Shown in pieces: positions 10,213 through 21,721 of a DNA stretch of 61,268 bases. The translations under genes and the position numbers were made by a program. The notes under the pieces are model-generated. The model was given only the letters and a program-made list of their open reading frames with translations, ran no database searches and was not told the DNA's origin. The DNA is from Basidiobolus ranarum. Its lineage: Eukaryota. Every line of letters starts with the position of its first letter. Position 1 is the stretch's first letter. Location of the stretch: the NCBI GenBank assembly GCA_040143965.1, contig JASJQH010000007.1:1-61268 (forward strand), given 5' to 3'.

Positions 10213-10578
10213 ATGTCTAAAGTATTCCTTCACGCTACACATCCTTTCAAAAGTGTGGTTCAAGCTCGTTCTATCGTTCGCCAACTTGAGTCCAAATTTG
10301 GGGGTATTAGAGATTACCAATTTGTGAGAGTAAGTGCTTTTGAGAATAAACTCCAGTACTCTCCAGTACTAAACATCCGTTTTTCTCTTCTATAGTGTCC
10401 TATCACCCATGTATATAATGGTCAAGCCAATGTGGAATTCAAGGATCCCAGTGCTGCTGAAGCTGCTGCTGCTTCAGGTACTCACAAGATAGACAATATT
10501 GAATATAACCTTATTCAGCGTGAAGGTTCACGTCCGGCTTTGGAAACCTCTGAACCAGCTGTAGAGCCTCAAGTTTAA
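10213..10578 (+). CDS. Small RRM-like protein, 99 aa, one intron (10330-10395)
   Basis: Spliced MSKVFLHATHPFKSVVQARSIVRQLESKFGGIRDYQFVR|CPITHVYNGQANVEFKDPSAAEAAAASG... has RRM topology with an RNP1-like GQANVEF. The intron has a GTAAGT donor and an ACTAAAC branch site. Confidence 0.6.
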
Positions 10579-11025
10579 AGGTTTTCCTTTGCATTATTTA
10601 CATAGTTCACTGCTTTACAAGTTTCATGTCAGTTTTTGAGAAATCTTTTCATCGCATGTATCATTATTCTCACCAAAGTAGAGGTAAATAAATACTTTTC
10701 TATTTTACCGAGCTGCGTTTATTTACGAACAGTAATAATTATTCTGGCTCTCTTGGATGCTTCAAAATCCATTCGATTAATCAACAAATAGTATTCATGA
10801 ATGAGCAGTGTGCGAAAATGATTAAGAGATGAAATTGTAGATCGATACTTAATTATTTAGCGTGCAGTTCTAGAGTTGATCCGATATTCAATAGAATTAA
10901 TTCTCTTACGAAAATCCCTTTTTCGGTTGAATTTCTGATCGTGGCTTCAGGCTATATGATATTTCCTCGAGTCGTGGTTTTCTTTACTTGTTTATTGTCC
11001 GCAGAACCCTCCTTTTCTATACAAG

Positions 11026-14000
11026 ATGGCTACCTCTCCTTCAATAAACACCGAAAACCAGGGGAAATTGCTGGAAGATGCGTTGAACATAGTCAAAGTT
11101 CAATCATTCCAAATGAAAAAGTGTTTGGTATGTAATTTAAAGTGCTCATCTATTGTTGACTTTTGATATTTTATTTTTCATCTCTCGTTCGAATTTTACT
11201 CAAAAATCCTTAATACCCGTATATACGTTTAAAATACCTCCTCTTTTGGTCCTATACCTATAAGTTACGGTCAAAAACCGAGACTATTGAAAAGGAGATT
11301 TACTCAAATCGTATTCTCGAATACTAACAATAAAAATGCCTTCTTTAGGACGGAAGTAAGTTAATGGACGCACTCAAACACTGCTCTACAATGTTGGCCG
11401 AATTACGCACTTCGTCTTTAACTCCCAAGAATTATTACGAATTATGTACGTTCTTCTATACTTTTCAGAGATATTCTTCATAGGCACTCACTAGTTTTTC
11501 ATATATGTATTGCGAATACTACAGATATGGCTATCTTTGATTCTCTAAGACACCTGACCACCTTTTTGTACGAAGCTCATACTTCGAACCGTCACCATCT
11601 GGCTGATTTGTACGAGTTGGTGCAATACGCGGGGAATATAATTCCTCGTCTTTACCTGATGATAACGGTAGGAAGTGTTTACATGAGTATCGGCGAGGCT
11701 CCAGTAAAGGAGATAATGAAAGATATGATGGAGATGACTCGAGGTGTTCAACATCCTACTAGAGGTCTTTTCCTTAGATATTATCTCGGAGGAGTTACTC
11801 GTGACTACCTACCTACCGGAGAGAGTGAGGGGTAAGCACTTTTTATCGTAGATCTTTACGTATCAATTGATTGTAACTTTTATTTCATCTGTAGTCCTGA
11901 GGGAAATTTGAGCGATTCCGTCCAATTCACTCTTACTAATTTCATGGAGATGAATAAACTTTGGGTTCGTCTTCAACATCAAGGCCATTCTCGTGAAAGA
12001 GAAAAGCGTGAGATGGAAAGAAAAGAGCTCAAGATTCTTATCGGTAGTAATTTGGTCAAACTTAGTCAACTCGACGGAGTTAACTTGACCATGTACCAGG
12101 AGGTAAATTGGATTTAAGTGAATACAATCTAGTCACACCTGTAACCGTTACGTCTTTCTTTCTAGACCATACTTCCAGGCATTCTCGAACAGGTTGTAAG
12201 CTGCAAGGATTTGATCGCTCAAGAGTATCTTATGGAAGCTATAATTCAAGTAAATACTCACTTGTTGCTGGTGGTCTTGTTCTCAAACACTAATGATTAT
12301 GATTTGATTTCAGGTGTTCGAAGACGATTTCCATCTACGCACGCTGGATCAACTTCTTTCTGCCCTAGCTAAACTCAACCCTAGAGTCAGTGTTAAACAG
12401 ATTGTTATTTCACTAATTGACCGACTAGCTGCTTATGCTGCTCGGGAGGCGGAGAATGGGGATGAAGTGGATGATAATGGTGTTAAACGAATTCGTGGTA
12501 TCCCCGAAGATGTGAAACTATTTGAGGTTTTCTGGGAACAAATCGTTGAACTTGTCAAGGTATGTTAACATCATGAAAGTCACCGTAAAGATCTATACTC
12601 ATTGGTTTAATCTAGGCTCGTCCAGACCTTTCTATCCAAGACATCACTGGTCTACTGGTTTCTTTGATCAACTTATCTCTCAGCTGCTATCCAGAACAGT
12701 TGAATTATGTGGATCAAATCATTGGCTATACCAAGGAGAAGATGACTGAATATGAGGAAAGGTAATTCAGTTTTCATAGAGCTTGCTGTCGTAGTATACG
12801 CTTAATAATTGCTGTACTAAGTCTCCCTATCCTTGCATTCAAAAGCCCAGACTTGCACACTGCTAGCACCACCTCGAGTCTTTTATCACTACTCCTCTCT
12901 CCTGTCAACTCTTATCCATCCGTTCTCACCTTACTCTCCCTTACGAACTACCAAACGTTACTTGATCTGCAGTCCTATCCTACTCGTCGCTCAGTGGCCC
13001 ATGCTATCATTGCCAGTATCTTGAAAAATGAGACGGTCATTAGTACTCCAGAGGAGGTAAATGGGATCCTTGAGTTGTGCAGTGTGTTAGTCAAGGACCA
13101 AAAAGATGCTAGTATTGGAATGTCAATGAACGGCCAGAGTTCCGTAGATGATGAAGATATTGCTGAAGAACAAGGCTGGGTTGCTCGAATGGTTCATTTA
13201 TTCCGTAACGAAGATCCGGATGCACAAATCATGGTATTTCATAAAGCGATATGTATTGAATTATGATTCTGAATTAACCCGATTCTAGTTATTATTGGCA
13301 GCTAGAAAGCAATTCGGTGATGGTGGAGATCGAATTCGATTCACTTTCCCTCCTATGATCATTGAAGCGGTTAAACTCGCAAGAAGATACAACTCTTTGG
13401 AAACTAAAGTAAGTTCTATAGCTTAGTACGGGAATGTAAAGTAGCCATCTAACTTTTGGATTTCTAGGACGATGAATGGAAGAAGAAGTGTACTACGTTG
13501 TATAAATTCATTCATCAACTCATTGCCATCCTGTACAACAAGGCGGAATGTCATGACTTGTCATTACGACTCTTCCTTCTCGCCGCCCAATCCGCCGACG
13601 AGTGTGGATTTGATGAAATTGCATATGAATTTTTCGTTCAAGCTTTCTCTGTGTACGAAGAGTCCATCTCTGAATCCAAGGCCCAGTTCCAGGCTATCAT
13701 GCTTATTGTGGGTACTTTGCAGTCAAGTAAAGTGTTCAATGCCGAGGACTATGACACTTTAATTACCAAGTGTGTGGTCCATGGAGGTAAACTCCTCAAG
13801 AAACCCGATCAATGCCGTGCAGTCTACAATTGTACCCATCTATTTTGGGGCACGGAGGTTGCTGGAAAGGAGGGTAGTGAAGAGGAAGATTTGTATCGTA
13901 ATGGAAAACGTGTCTTGGAGACATTGCAACGTGCACTCAAAATCGCCGACTCTTGCTTGGACTCAGTGACCAATGTAGAATTATTCGTTGAGATCTTAAA

Positions 14001-14342
14001 TCGGTACATGTATTTCTTTGAGCGACAAGTGGATGAGGTAAGAATATCTGAAAATGAATTGTTCCTAGCAGCTACTCACCCTGTTATCTTCAGGTCACTT
14101 CTAAGCATTTGAATGGTATCATCGATTTGATCAACAGCAATATTGCTAGCATGGAGAGTGATACCCTACCCAAGACAAGTAATTCATCTGCTTTAATCAC
14201 GCCAGAGGGAAATCCAATCGACTTCATTCTCAAGCACTTCAAACTTTCGTTGATCCATCTTCAGCACAAGAAAGAGTTGGCTTCCAACTCCGAGGTATCC
14301 GAAAGATACGATGAAATTGATGCCTCTATTACCATTCATTAA
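11026..14342 (+). CDS. VPS35: Retromer subunit Vps35, multi-exon
   Basis: [110 protein letters not shown]. Confidence 0.97.
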
Positions 14343-14639
14343 AACGGTATACCATTCCTCTTCATACGCCTTTGCTCCCGCTCCCATCCCTACTTTTTCA
14401 TCATCTCCACCCACTCCCATTCCCATTCTAAACTCACCATGTTTTTGTTATTAATAGTTTATGTCATATTTTGAGAAGAAAAAGCGCAGTAAAATAATTG
14501 AATGCAAAAAGTGAATGGATTTAGTGTAACATAAACTACCATGAATCCAAGTTATTATTGAAATAGAAAAAGAATTTTATATAAACAAAAGAATTGACAT
14601 TCACAAATTACATTCATAATGGATAACATATAAAGTCAG

Positions 14640-16001
14640 TTAAGATTTATCGATTTTCTCGTGTTCACCAATCTCGATAGATTGTATTTCTCTGGTTTCA
14701 ATTTCAACTGATTCTTCCACTCTAAATTCCCTTTCCCATTTAGCAATCACTACGGTGGCAATACAATTACCAATTAGGTTCACTGTGGTTCTTCCCATAT
14801 CCATTAGTGCATCCACACCGAGGATTAGTGCGATAGATGCTTCAGGAAGGTTGAAGCTTTTCACCGCACCAGAAAGAATGACTAATGAGGCACGTGGAAC
14901 GGCAGCAACTCCCTTACTTGTTAACATGAGTGTAAGCATCATGATGATTTGAGTGCTGAATGGCATATCGATTCCTCCTACTTGGGCAGCAAATACCGAT
15001 GCAATGGCCAAATACAAGGTGGTTCCATCCAAGTTGAAGGAATATCCAGTGGGCATGACAAATGCGATGATCTTATGGGGAACACCATAAGCTTCCATAT
15101 TCTTCATAGCACGAGGAAGTGCAGCCTCAGAAGAAGAAGTGGAAAAGGCAATCAATGCTGGTTGAGATATAGCTCTAAGAAGATCTTTAATCGGCACTCG
15201 AAGGATCAATATGATTGGAACGAATACCAATAGCATAAATATGATCAAGGATAGATAGAGAGTACCCATCAATTTACCAAGATCTACCAATACTCCAATA
15301 CCACTTTGTCCAATAGTATAGGCAATCGAACATCCGATACCCACTGGAGCAAAGTTCATCACCAACTCGGTAACCTTGAACATGATGTCGGATAGACTCT
15401 GTAACCAATCGATCATAGTTACTTTGGATTTTCCGGGGGTCTTCATCATAGCAACGGCGAACATAATGGCACAGAAGACTATCTGTAGCACTTCATTATC
15501 GGCTGCTGCTTCGAAGAAACTTTGGGGAATGATATGCTCAAGTTCACTTTGCCAGCTAATGGTGTAGTTGCCCAGTTCTTCTGTAATGGAGGTGTCTGAA
15601 TCCGCGGGAAGAGTAACCCCAACTCCAGGTTTCAATAAGTTAACCATGATTAAGCCAACAATCAGAGCAAGTGTGGTTACAATCTCAAAATAAATGAGCG
15701 ACTTGATTGCTAGACGGCCAATCTGCTTCATGTCATCACCATGTCCGGCAATACCGACAACTAGCGTAGAGAAAATGAGGGGAACAATGAGGCACTTGAT
15801 CATATACAAGAACACATTCGAAATAGGCTTGAGTTCTTTTGCAAAATCTGGTTGAAGCCATCCCAAAAGAATACCGATCACCATAGAAGCTAAAATCCAA
15901 ATAGTGAGATTGAGTCGACGTATGAAGCGCCAACATTTCACCAAAGGGTTCTTGGTTGGCTCCATCACTTGGGGAGCTTCAGGGGGAGTAGTGGAATGCA
16001 T
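14640..16001 (-). CDS. Dicarboxylate/amino acid:cation symporter (DAACS/SDF family, GltP/DctA-like), intronless, about 453 aa
   Basis: IKCLIVPLIFSTLVVGIAG, AFSTSSSEAALP, PTGYSFNLDGTTLY, LTSKGVAAVPRAS, LGVDALMDMGRTTVNLIGN. ATG at 16001 lies about 70 bp after a TATAAAA (16068-16074). Confidence 0.93.
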   Translation of the reverse strand: MHSTTPPEAPQVMEPTKNPLVKCWRFIRRLNLTIWILASMVIGILLGWLQPDFAKELKPISNVFLYMIKCLIVPLIFSTLVVGIAGHGDDMKQIGRLAIKSLIYFEIVTTLALIVGLIMVNLLKPGVGVTLPADSDTSITEELGNYTISWQSELEHIIPQSFFEAAADNEVLQIVFCAIMFAVAMMKTPGKSKVTMIDWLQSLSDIMFKVTELVMNFAPVGIGCSIAYTIGQSGIGVLVDLGKLMGTLYLSLIIFMLLVFVPIILILRVPIKDLLRAISQPALIAFSTSSSEAALPRAMKNMEAYGVPHKIIAFVMPTGYSFNLDGTTLYLAIASVFAAQVGGIDMPFSTQIIMMLTLMLTSKGVAAVPRASLVILSGAVKSFNLPEASIALILGVDALMDMGRTTVNLIGNCIATVVIAKWEREFRVEESVEIETREIQSIEIGEHEKIDKS

Positions 16002-16409
16002 GGTATTTCTTGAGGCTTCCCCTGAGAAAGATAATGAAGATGCTGCTCTAGTATCATTCTCTCGAACTTTTATACTTTTACGCTCAACGCGTATCTCCAC
16101 ATGACCATCAAGAAATGTATAGAAACTATAATCCAATTGCTATATCCATAACAAGCCAGAACCTTAAATCTTCAATGACTGTGACAATGCCTAGATTGGC
16201 ACTGACAAGGATGATTAAGTAACACCCACACATGTGGAACTAAAGGAAAGATTAAAAGTCGTGCTAATTAACATATACCCACAGCCCCACTAAAATTCTC
16301 TTGGTAACCTGCATTGAAATTTGGCTAAACATACAACACGCAAATCAACCTACAATGGTAAACTGTCTCACTTGGAGAGAATATTCCCACCGTTTGTAAA
16401 TTTAAGGTT

Positions 16410-16862
16410 TTATCACGAGTACAAAGCCTGGTTACGTCGTGGGATGATAAGCCAGTCTTTCTTGCAAATAAGAGTATTCGTTATCTGTTCATTCTGCTAG
16501 ATTACTATCTCCTCTACTACCTAATTCTGGGCTTACATTTGCAACTGGAAGATACCAAACGTCCAGTCCAGACTTGAAGCCGTTCTTCTGCTGATAAGGA
16601 GCTCCAACAATCGAACATTAAGGCCAATAGCATCGTGAGAAATTGATCTTGGTAGGACAAACTATCATTTGGAATTAATTTATCCTGAAATAAGCACCAT
16701 TTGCTTTGGCTAATTCTGTACCAGAAACAGTAGCAGAAACATTACTAGAAACACTACCAGAAATAGTAGCAGAAACATTACCAGAAACGTCTATATCGCA
16801 GACTGTCTTTTCTACGATTCCCGACTAAGGTTGAAAGATGGCTCATGCCTTATTTAGATAAG
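16410..16862. promoter_or_regulatory. GATA-site cluster upstream of the amino-acid symporter
   Basis: TTATC 16410, GATAAG 16446, TTATC 16481, GATAAG 16593, TTATC 16680, GATAAG 16857. Confidence 0.45.
16721..16788. repeat. 12-bp minisatellite, about 5.7 units, with 36-bp higher-order periodicity
   Basis: CCAGAAACAGTA GCAGAAACATTA CTAGAAACACTA CCAGAAATAGTA GCAGAAACATTA CCAGAAAC. Confidence 0.85.
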
Positions 16863-16950
16863 GTTTCTTATATTAATTTTATTTAACAAAATGTACATGA
16901 TGATGGGAGTTTTACTCTAACCCTTGCTTTAATCGTAATAACCCCAGTTC

Positions 16951-18116
16951 TTAGGCCCAACGCCCGATTAATGCCATGACACCAGCGCCCATCCACAAAG
17001 CTATGTAATAACACACCTTGATGGATAGAGGCTCCTTCATAAATTTGGGGCTGTTTTGAAACTCGACAGCAATCAAATTCACAAATGCCATATATATTAA
17101 AATACCAGCTGAGATGGAATCAAAAATCCCAGTGACGAGGAGACTTGTTGGTGAGTTGTTATTATAAGTCTGATGAATTCCAATACCTATAGCAGCTCCG
17201 ATAGGGGTTATTAATGCATAGAATAATGCGGAGAGATAGGGCACTACACGATTGGTATAAGTTAACTCTCCAATACGAGCTCCCAGTGCTAAGCCTTCAA
17301 AGAACTGATGGAATACAACCGCAATCAATAGAGGTACAAACTCAGCTCCTGATGAGACACCAACAGAGATACCAATTAAGATGGAGTGTAGAGCAATACC
17401 AAATTCAAGTAAAAAAGTAGAAATACGACGAGTTTCTAACTCCCAAAGTCCACCGTGCACATGTCCATGGTCACCAGCATGCAAAGAGTTCTCCTTGGCC
17501 TCTGATTCGGCATTGACAGATGGCTGACTCTGAGCAAGCTTGCCCTTGTAGTATTGGCTGGCTGTGAATTCGATAAGCTGCAATACTAGCGCTGCTAGCA
17601 TGGCAAAAAGACCGGCATAAGAGCTGTAATCAGCACTAAATGATGTAGGAACACAAGGATTGGTCAAGGCGAAGAGAGCACCTGGAAACATATGAATAAA
17701 GGCAGTCGCTAAGATAACTCCAGTTCCGAAATGTTTCCCAATATTGATAGCAAAATCGCTGAATTTACGCTTTGGGAAGCGAGTCAGGATTAAGGAAGAA
17801 AAAACTCCAGAGGCGCTGGTAATCATGACAATAAATATAGCAGCTATGTGGAATGGCATATTGTAGCTAGTGATTTGTTCCGCACTACATGCATCATGTA
17901 CCTCCCCATCATCATGGTGATGCTCATCTTCATGAGTGTGGCCAGGTCCTAAGATTGAAATGTTCGTAAGTACAGTATTCGAAGAAAAATAATTAAATAC
18001 AAGAACATACCACCGTGTTTGGGAGTGATGACTGAATCTTGTGCCAAAGACACTGCAACGAAAGCTACCAGAATTGACCACCAGGCGACTTTCTTTATGA
18101 TAGGAGTCAGAGTCAT
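16951..18116 (-). CDS. ZRT: ZIP-family zinc/iron transporter with signal peptide and His-rich ectodomain; intron 17949-18010
   Basis: Spliced N-terminus MTLTPIIKKVAWWSILVAFVAVSLAQD...G|GPGHTHEDEHHHDD; family motifs KHFGTGVILATAFIHM, LEFGIALHSILIG, FHQFFEGLALG, SAGILIYMAFV. Confidence 0.95.
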
Positions 18117-19040
18117 TTGTAAGAATGAGTGGAGTGATGTGGAAGAGATGCAAAGAAGAAGAGTACCATAGTGGTGATGGTAATCCCCCTTTAAATAGTT
18201 TCGAGTTTAACCGGTGGGGTTCATATTATGAGTAATACATGTTACACATCTTGAGGTTAACAGGATAAAACCTGTTATAATAAGAAGCTGCACATATAAT
18301 AGGTGGTAACCTCTCCAGTACACATAACGTCCAGGGTACTCCATGAATTAGCATAGTTGAGTTGCACTACTAACCCCCAACCCCATCGATTGCAAAAATC
18401 TCACTCAAAGTGTTTAACGTCCATCTCTAAAACCATAAAATATACAAACACTGTCATAATATTAACACAATTTGGTTAAAAAATATTATGTCATGAACTT
18501 GTTTTAATGGAAAGTTGCTTTTCAATTGAACAAGCATTGAATATTCTATGTATCCGGATGGTAGCAAATATATTAAAATATCGATCCGATCAATCAAATG
18601 TTTAATAAAATTAATTATAATTAGCCGAAAATCGAAGATGATTTATTAATCGACTGTTTTTTACGTAAATATCAACCCACGAGGTAGTAGCCCGGAGGTA
18701 CAAATAATTTAGTGTTGAACCTCATCGTTGCAATAACTTCATCGCTCAGTCAATATGACCTTATTTGGCTATGGTTACTATTGAATGACAAGAAAATTGC
18801 TAAAGGTCGATGTGCGCTTATCGCAAGTCCCATGGGATCGCCTTCAGTATTGAATGATGTTTGACAATCACTAATTGTCACCGGAGTTGGAAAAAAGCAA
18901 CGCAAATATCCATCAGCTGAGGTGTTATCACATACCAATCATGTCCCGTGAGCATCATCGATCATATCAGATAGTGTCCACTTCATCGATAAGATGCTTC
19001 GATAGGACGGTGAAGTGGAGGAAATGGTTAGCGAAAGTAT

Positions 19041-19130
19041 ATGAATGGTGATCATAGCGAGTGTTGTGGGATGAATGGTGATCATAGCGAGTGTTGTGGG
19101 ATGAATGGTGATCATAGCGAGTGTTGTGGG
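19041..19130. repeat. Perfect 30-bp tandem repeat, three copies
   Basis: ATGAATGGTGATCATAGCGAGTGTTGTGGG occurs three times exactly. Confidence 0.97.
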
Positions 19131-19731
19131 CCGTAATGCCGTTGACTGAAAAAAAGACCTCAGTTCTCGGTGTTGGTGCTATGTTGATGCTATTCATTAA
19201 CTTGTACCAGCATGTCATATGTCAGAATACAGATAGAATACATCATCAGAGCGAATCAGAGCGAATCAGACTAAATCGAAGAGTCAACATGAGCTGGAAT
19301 CAGTTGATTTCAGTCGATACCGATACCTCTGTATCCGAATACAACCCGAATCAGGTTTACTTTTATTACAGCAAAATCTAAGATTAAGTGAAGAGCTAGT
19401 GAAAGGATATGTAAGGCTGGCCTAAGTTGGCAAAAAAGGAAACCTAAAGAGGAAAGGTTGAATTGTGGACTGCCTCATGACTGCTTCATCATATCTTTTT
19501 CTTTTTCAACCTCAATATGGGAAGTCTTTCCAAGGAAATCCTCAGATATGCCGATAAGCGATTGGAATTAGCGATTAGAATTTGAATTTGGATCATAACC
19601 AACTAATTGTCACTTATTCCATGCTACAACCAATTTCCCATATATCCCATTTCCCAAATATGGTGCGGGAGATTTAGTCAATTTGGGCAAGTATAAAATA
19701 CAAAAGAGCTCGGATTTGGATGAGCACGTTG

Positions 19732-19794
19732 GGTGCATTCTCTTTTTCTCACTTCTAATCTTGGCTTGGTGCATTCTCTTTTTCACTTCTAATC
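19732..19794 (+). repeat. About 28-bp direct duplication ending at the F-box gene ATG
   Basis: GGTGCATTCTCTTTTTCTCACTTCTAATC (19732-19760) and GGTGCATTCTCTTTTTCACTTCTAATC (19768-19794). Confidence 0.85.
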
Positions 19795-21509
19795 ATGCAA
19801 GATATCTCTCTACAAGTATCTCAATTCTCCCCGGAGATATGGAGTCAAATTATTTCATACCTTCAAAATGACACCTACCAACTTTACTCCTGCTGTTTGG
19901 TTAGTAGAACATGGTATGCACTGGCCATGCCGGCATTATGGAGTTCTCCACAGTTTACTACTCAGATGGACTTTCTATCGTTTGAGAAAGCCATCGTTTC
20001 TAATCCACTGCGTAAGTAGTTATGAGCTCAGATACATTACAAACACACCTCAAATATCTAACCCAATCTCTAGTGCCAACTCTTGTAAATAGGTTCGATT
20101 TAACCGGGTATGCTCCTCAGATTGTAGTAAAGCATCTTTGTTTGCTGGAGGCACTCCCGAGTTTACGTTCACTTCACCTTCCTTTGGTTTTGGAGAATTC
20201 ATCTATCTCATTAGATTGCTTGGAGCACATGTCTCACCTTGAGGAAATCCATGATCTTAATATCGAATTGAGTACCAGGGGTTTAACTCAGCTTATCTCT
20301 GTCCTGAATTCATCTAAATGTTTGAGGAAAGTAGGCCTCGTGTTCAAAGCACCACAACTGGGAAACGGTCCCATTGATTCATCTACTCTATCCTCTATTC
20401 CGATGCTTCCCAATATCGAGTCGCTTAATGTCACCTTCGGGGTAGAATTTGATGTTCAAATATTGGAATTGCTCCTTTCTAGGTTGCCTAAACTAGCTAG
20501 GTTTGCCATCAATTCTAGATATACTCCCAAATATATAGTGAGAATTCTTGCTGAACACTGCCAAGGAATCACCAGCTTGAGTTTGGGTACTTTTTCGGGT
20601 TTAGGGGACGAGCTTTTGGATGAATTTTGTAAAGATTTGGAAGTCAATTATGCCGGACAGCTTAAAGAGTTTTCTATGTACTTCTTTAATGACTGGCCTA
20701 TTTACTCCGAGCGGTTCACTCGTAATCTATTCAAATCTTTCTACAACCTCGAGAAGTTGAAGCTCTCCGGTGTCAGGTTGAACAATAATATTGTCCAAGC
20801 TCTCACCGAGTCACTTTCATCCAAGCTTCAAAGTCTGGAGTTATCTTGCATTTCATATCGCAACCTCTTCACATACGAAGTGTTGGATGACTTCTTGGTT
20901 AAAGTAGGGCCTCGTCTAAAGAACCTCGCTCTGATGGGTGCATTCTTACCTTCACACATTGGTAGTTCAATTGCTAAGCGCTGCCCGATTTTGGAAAGAC
21001 TTTCACTCTCCTGTACCAATGTAAATGATGACTCAATCACTGCGATAGCTCACGGTTGCGGTCGTAAACTTCGACAATTGGATGTTGGTGAAACTGACAT
21101 TACCAATGATGGATTAACAAGTATCTTCCAAAACTGTTCTAAACTACAAGATCTTGGATTCGCCAAGCTTTCGAGTTGTCCAGAATTCGATGAAAATATT
21201 GGCAGTTTCCTATCACAACATGGTCATCAACTTCAACGACTTGATTTATCTTTTCTACCAACTAAAGAAACCACTCTAATGGAACTCGCTAAATTCGCCA
21301 AAGAGTTACGCGAGTTAACATTTACTGACCAACCTGGGATTGGCGATGATGCTGTTTCTAACGTGATTCAGAGCTGTCGTAAATTAAACAGGTTATCAGT
21401 AACCCGTTACTCACGTACTGCTCAAAGTATTTCCAATGATATGTTGGACAGAATTGACCAACATTACATTCGTATAGATGATTCTCAAAGAGACTCGAAA
21501 CGATCATAA
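19795..21509 (+). CDS. F-box/leucine-rich-repeat protein; intron 20012-20073 joins the two listed ORFs
   Basis: F-box SPEIWSQIISYL...LYSCCLVSRTWYALAMPALW; a GTAAGT...CTAAC...TAG intron restores the frame; cysteine-containing LRRs (CPILERLSLSCTNVNDDSITAIAHGC). Confidence 0.9.
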
Positions 21510-21721
21510 TCTCAACAGAGTTCGTTGATTCGAACCACTGCATCTTTCTATAGACCCTTCTTACCCCTCAACTCTTCCAACTGTATCATATTCCACCACT
21601 TTCTGCTAGTTAATGGTTATATCATTGCACCACTCTTCTAGTTAATGCTTATATATAATAAAGTCACAATAGTCTCATTTATTGTACTAGAATAAAGCAG
21701 GGATATAAATAAAAGAGCGTA

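Noticed and set aside
18113-18169. His-containing uORF (MVLFFFASLPHHSTHSYK*) overlapping the ZIP start codon
   Set aside because: Its ATG is only about 20-25 nt from the TATA-like box and probably at or before the transcription start; unsupported without TSS data.
18200-18450. Zap1/ZafA-type zinc-response elements upstream of the ZIP gene
   Set aside because: Only partial matches (for example TCTTGAGGT); no full ACCTTNAAGGT site.
19041-19130. CRISPR-like array
   Set aside because: The units are contiguous with no spacers, there are no cas genes, and the context is eukaryotic.
19795-20075. Apparent stop/frameshift splitting the F-box from the LRR ORF (pseudogene or recoding)
   Set aside because: A canonical 62-bp intron (20012-20073) joins them in frame.
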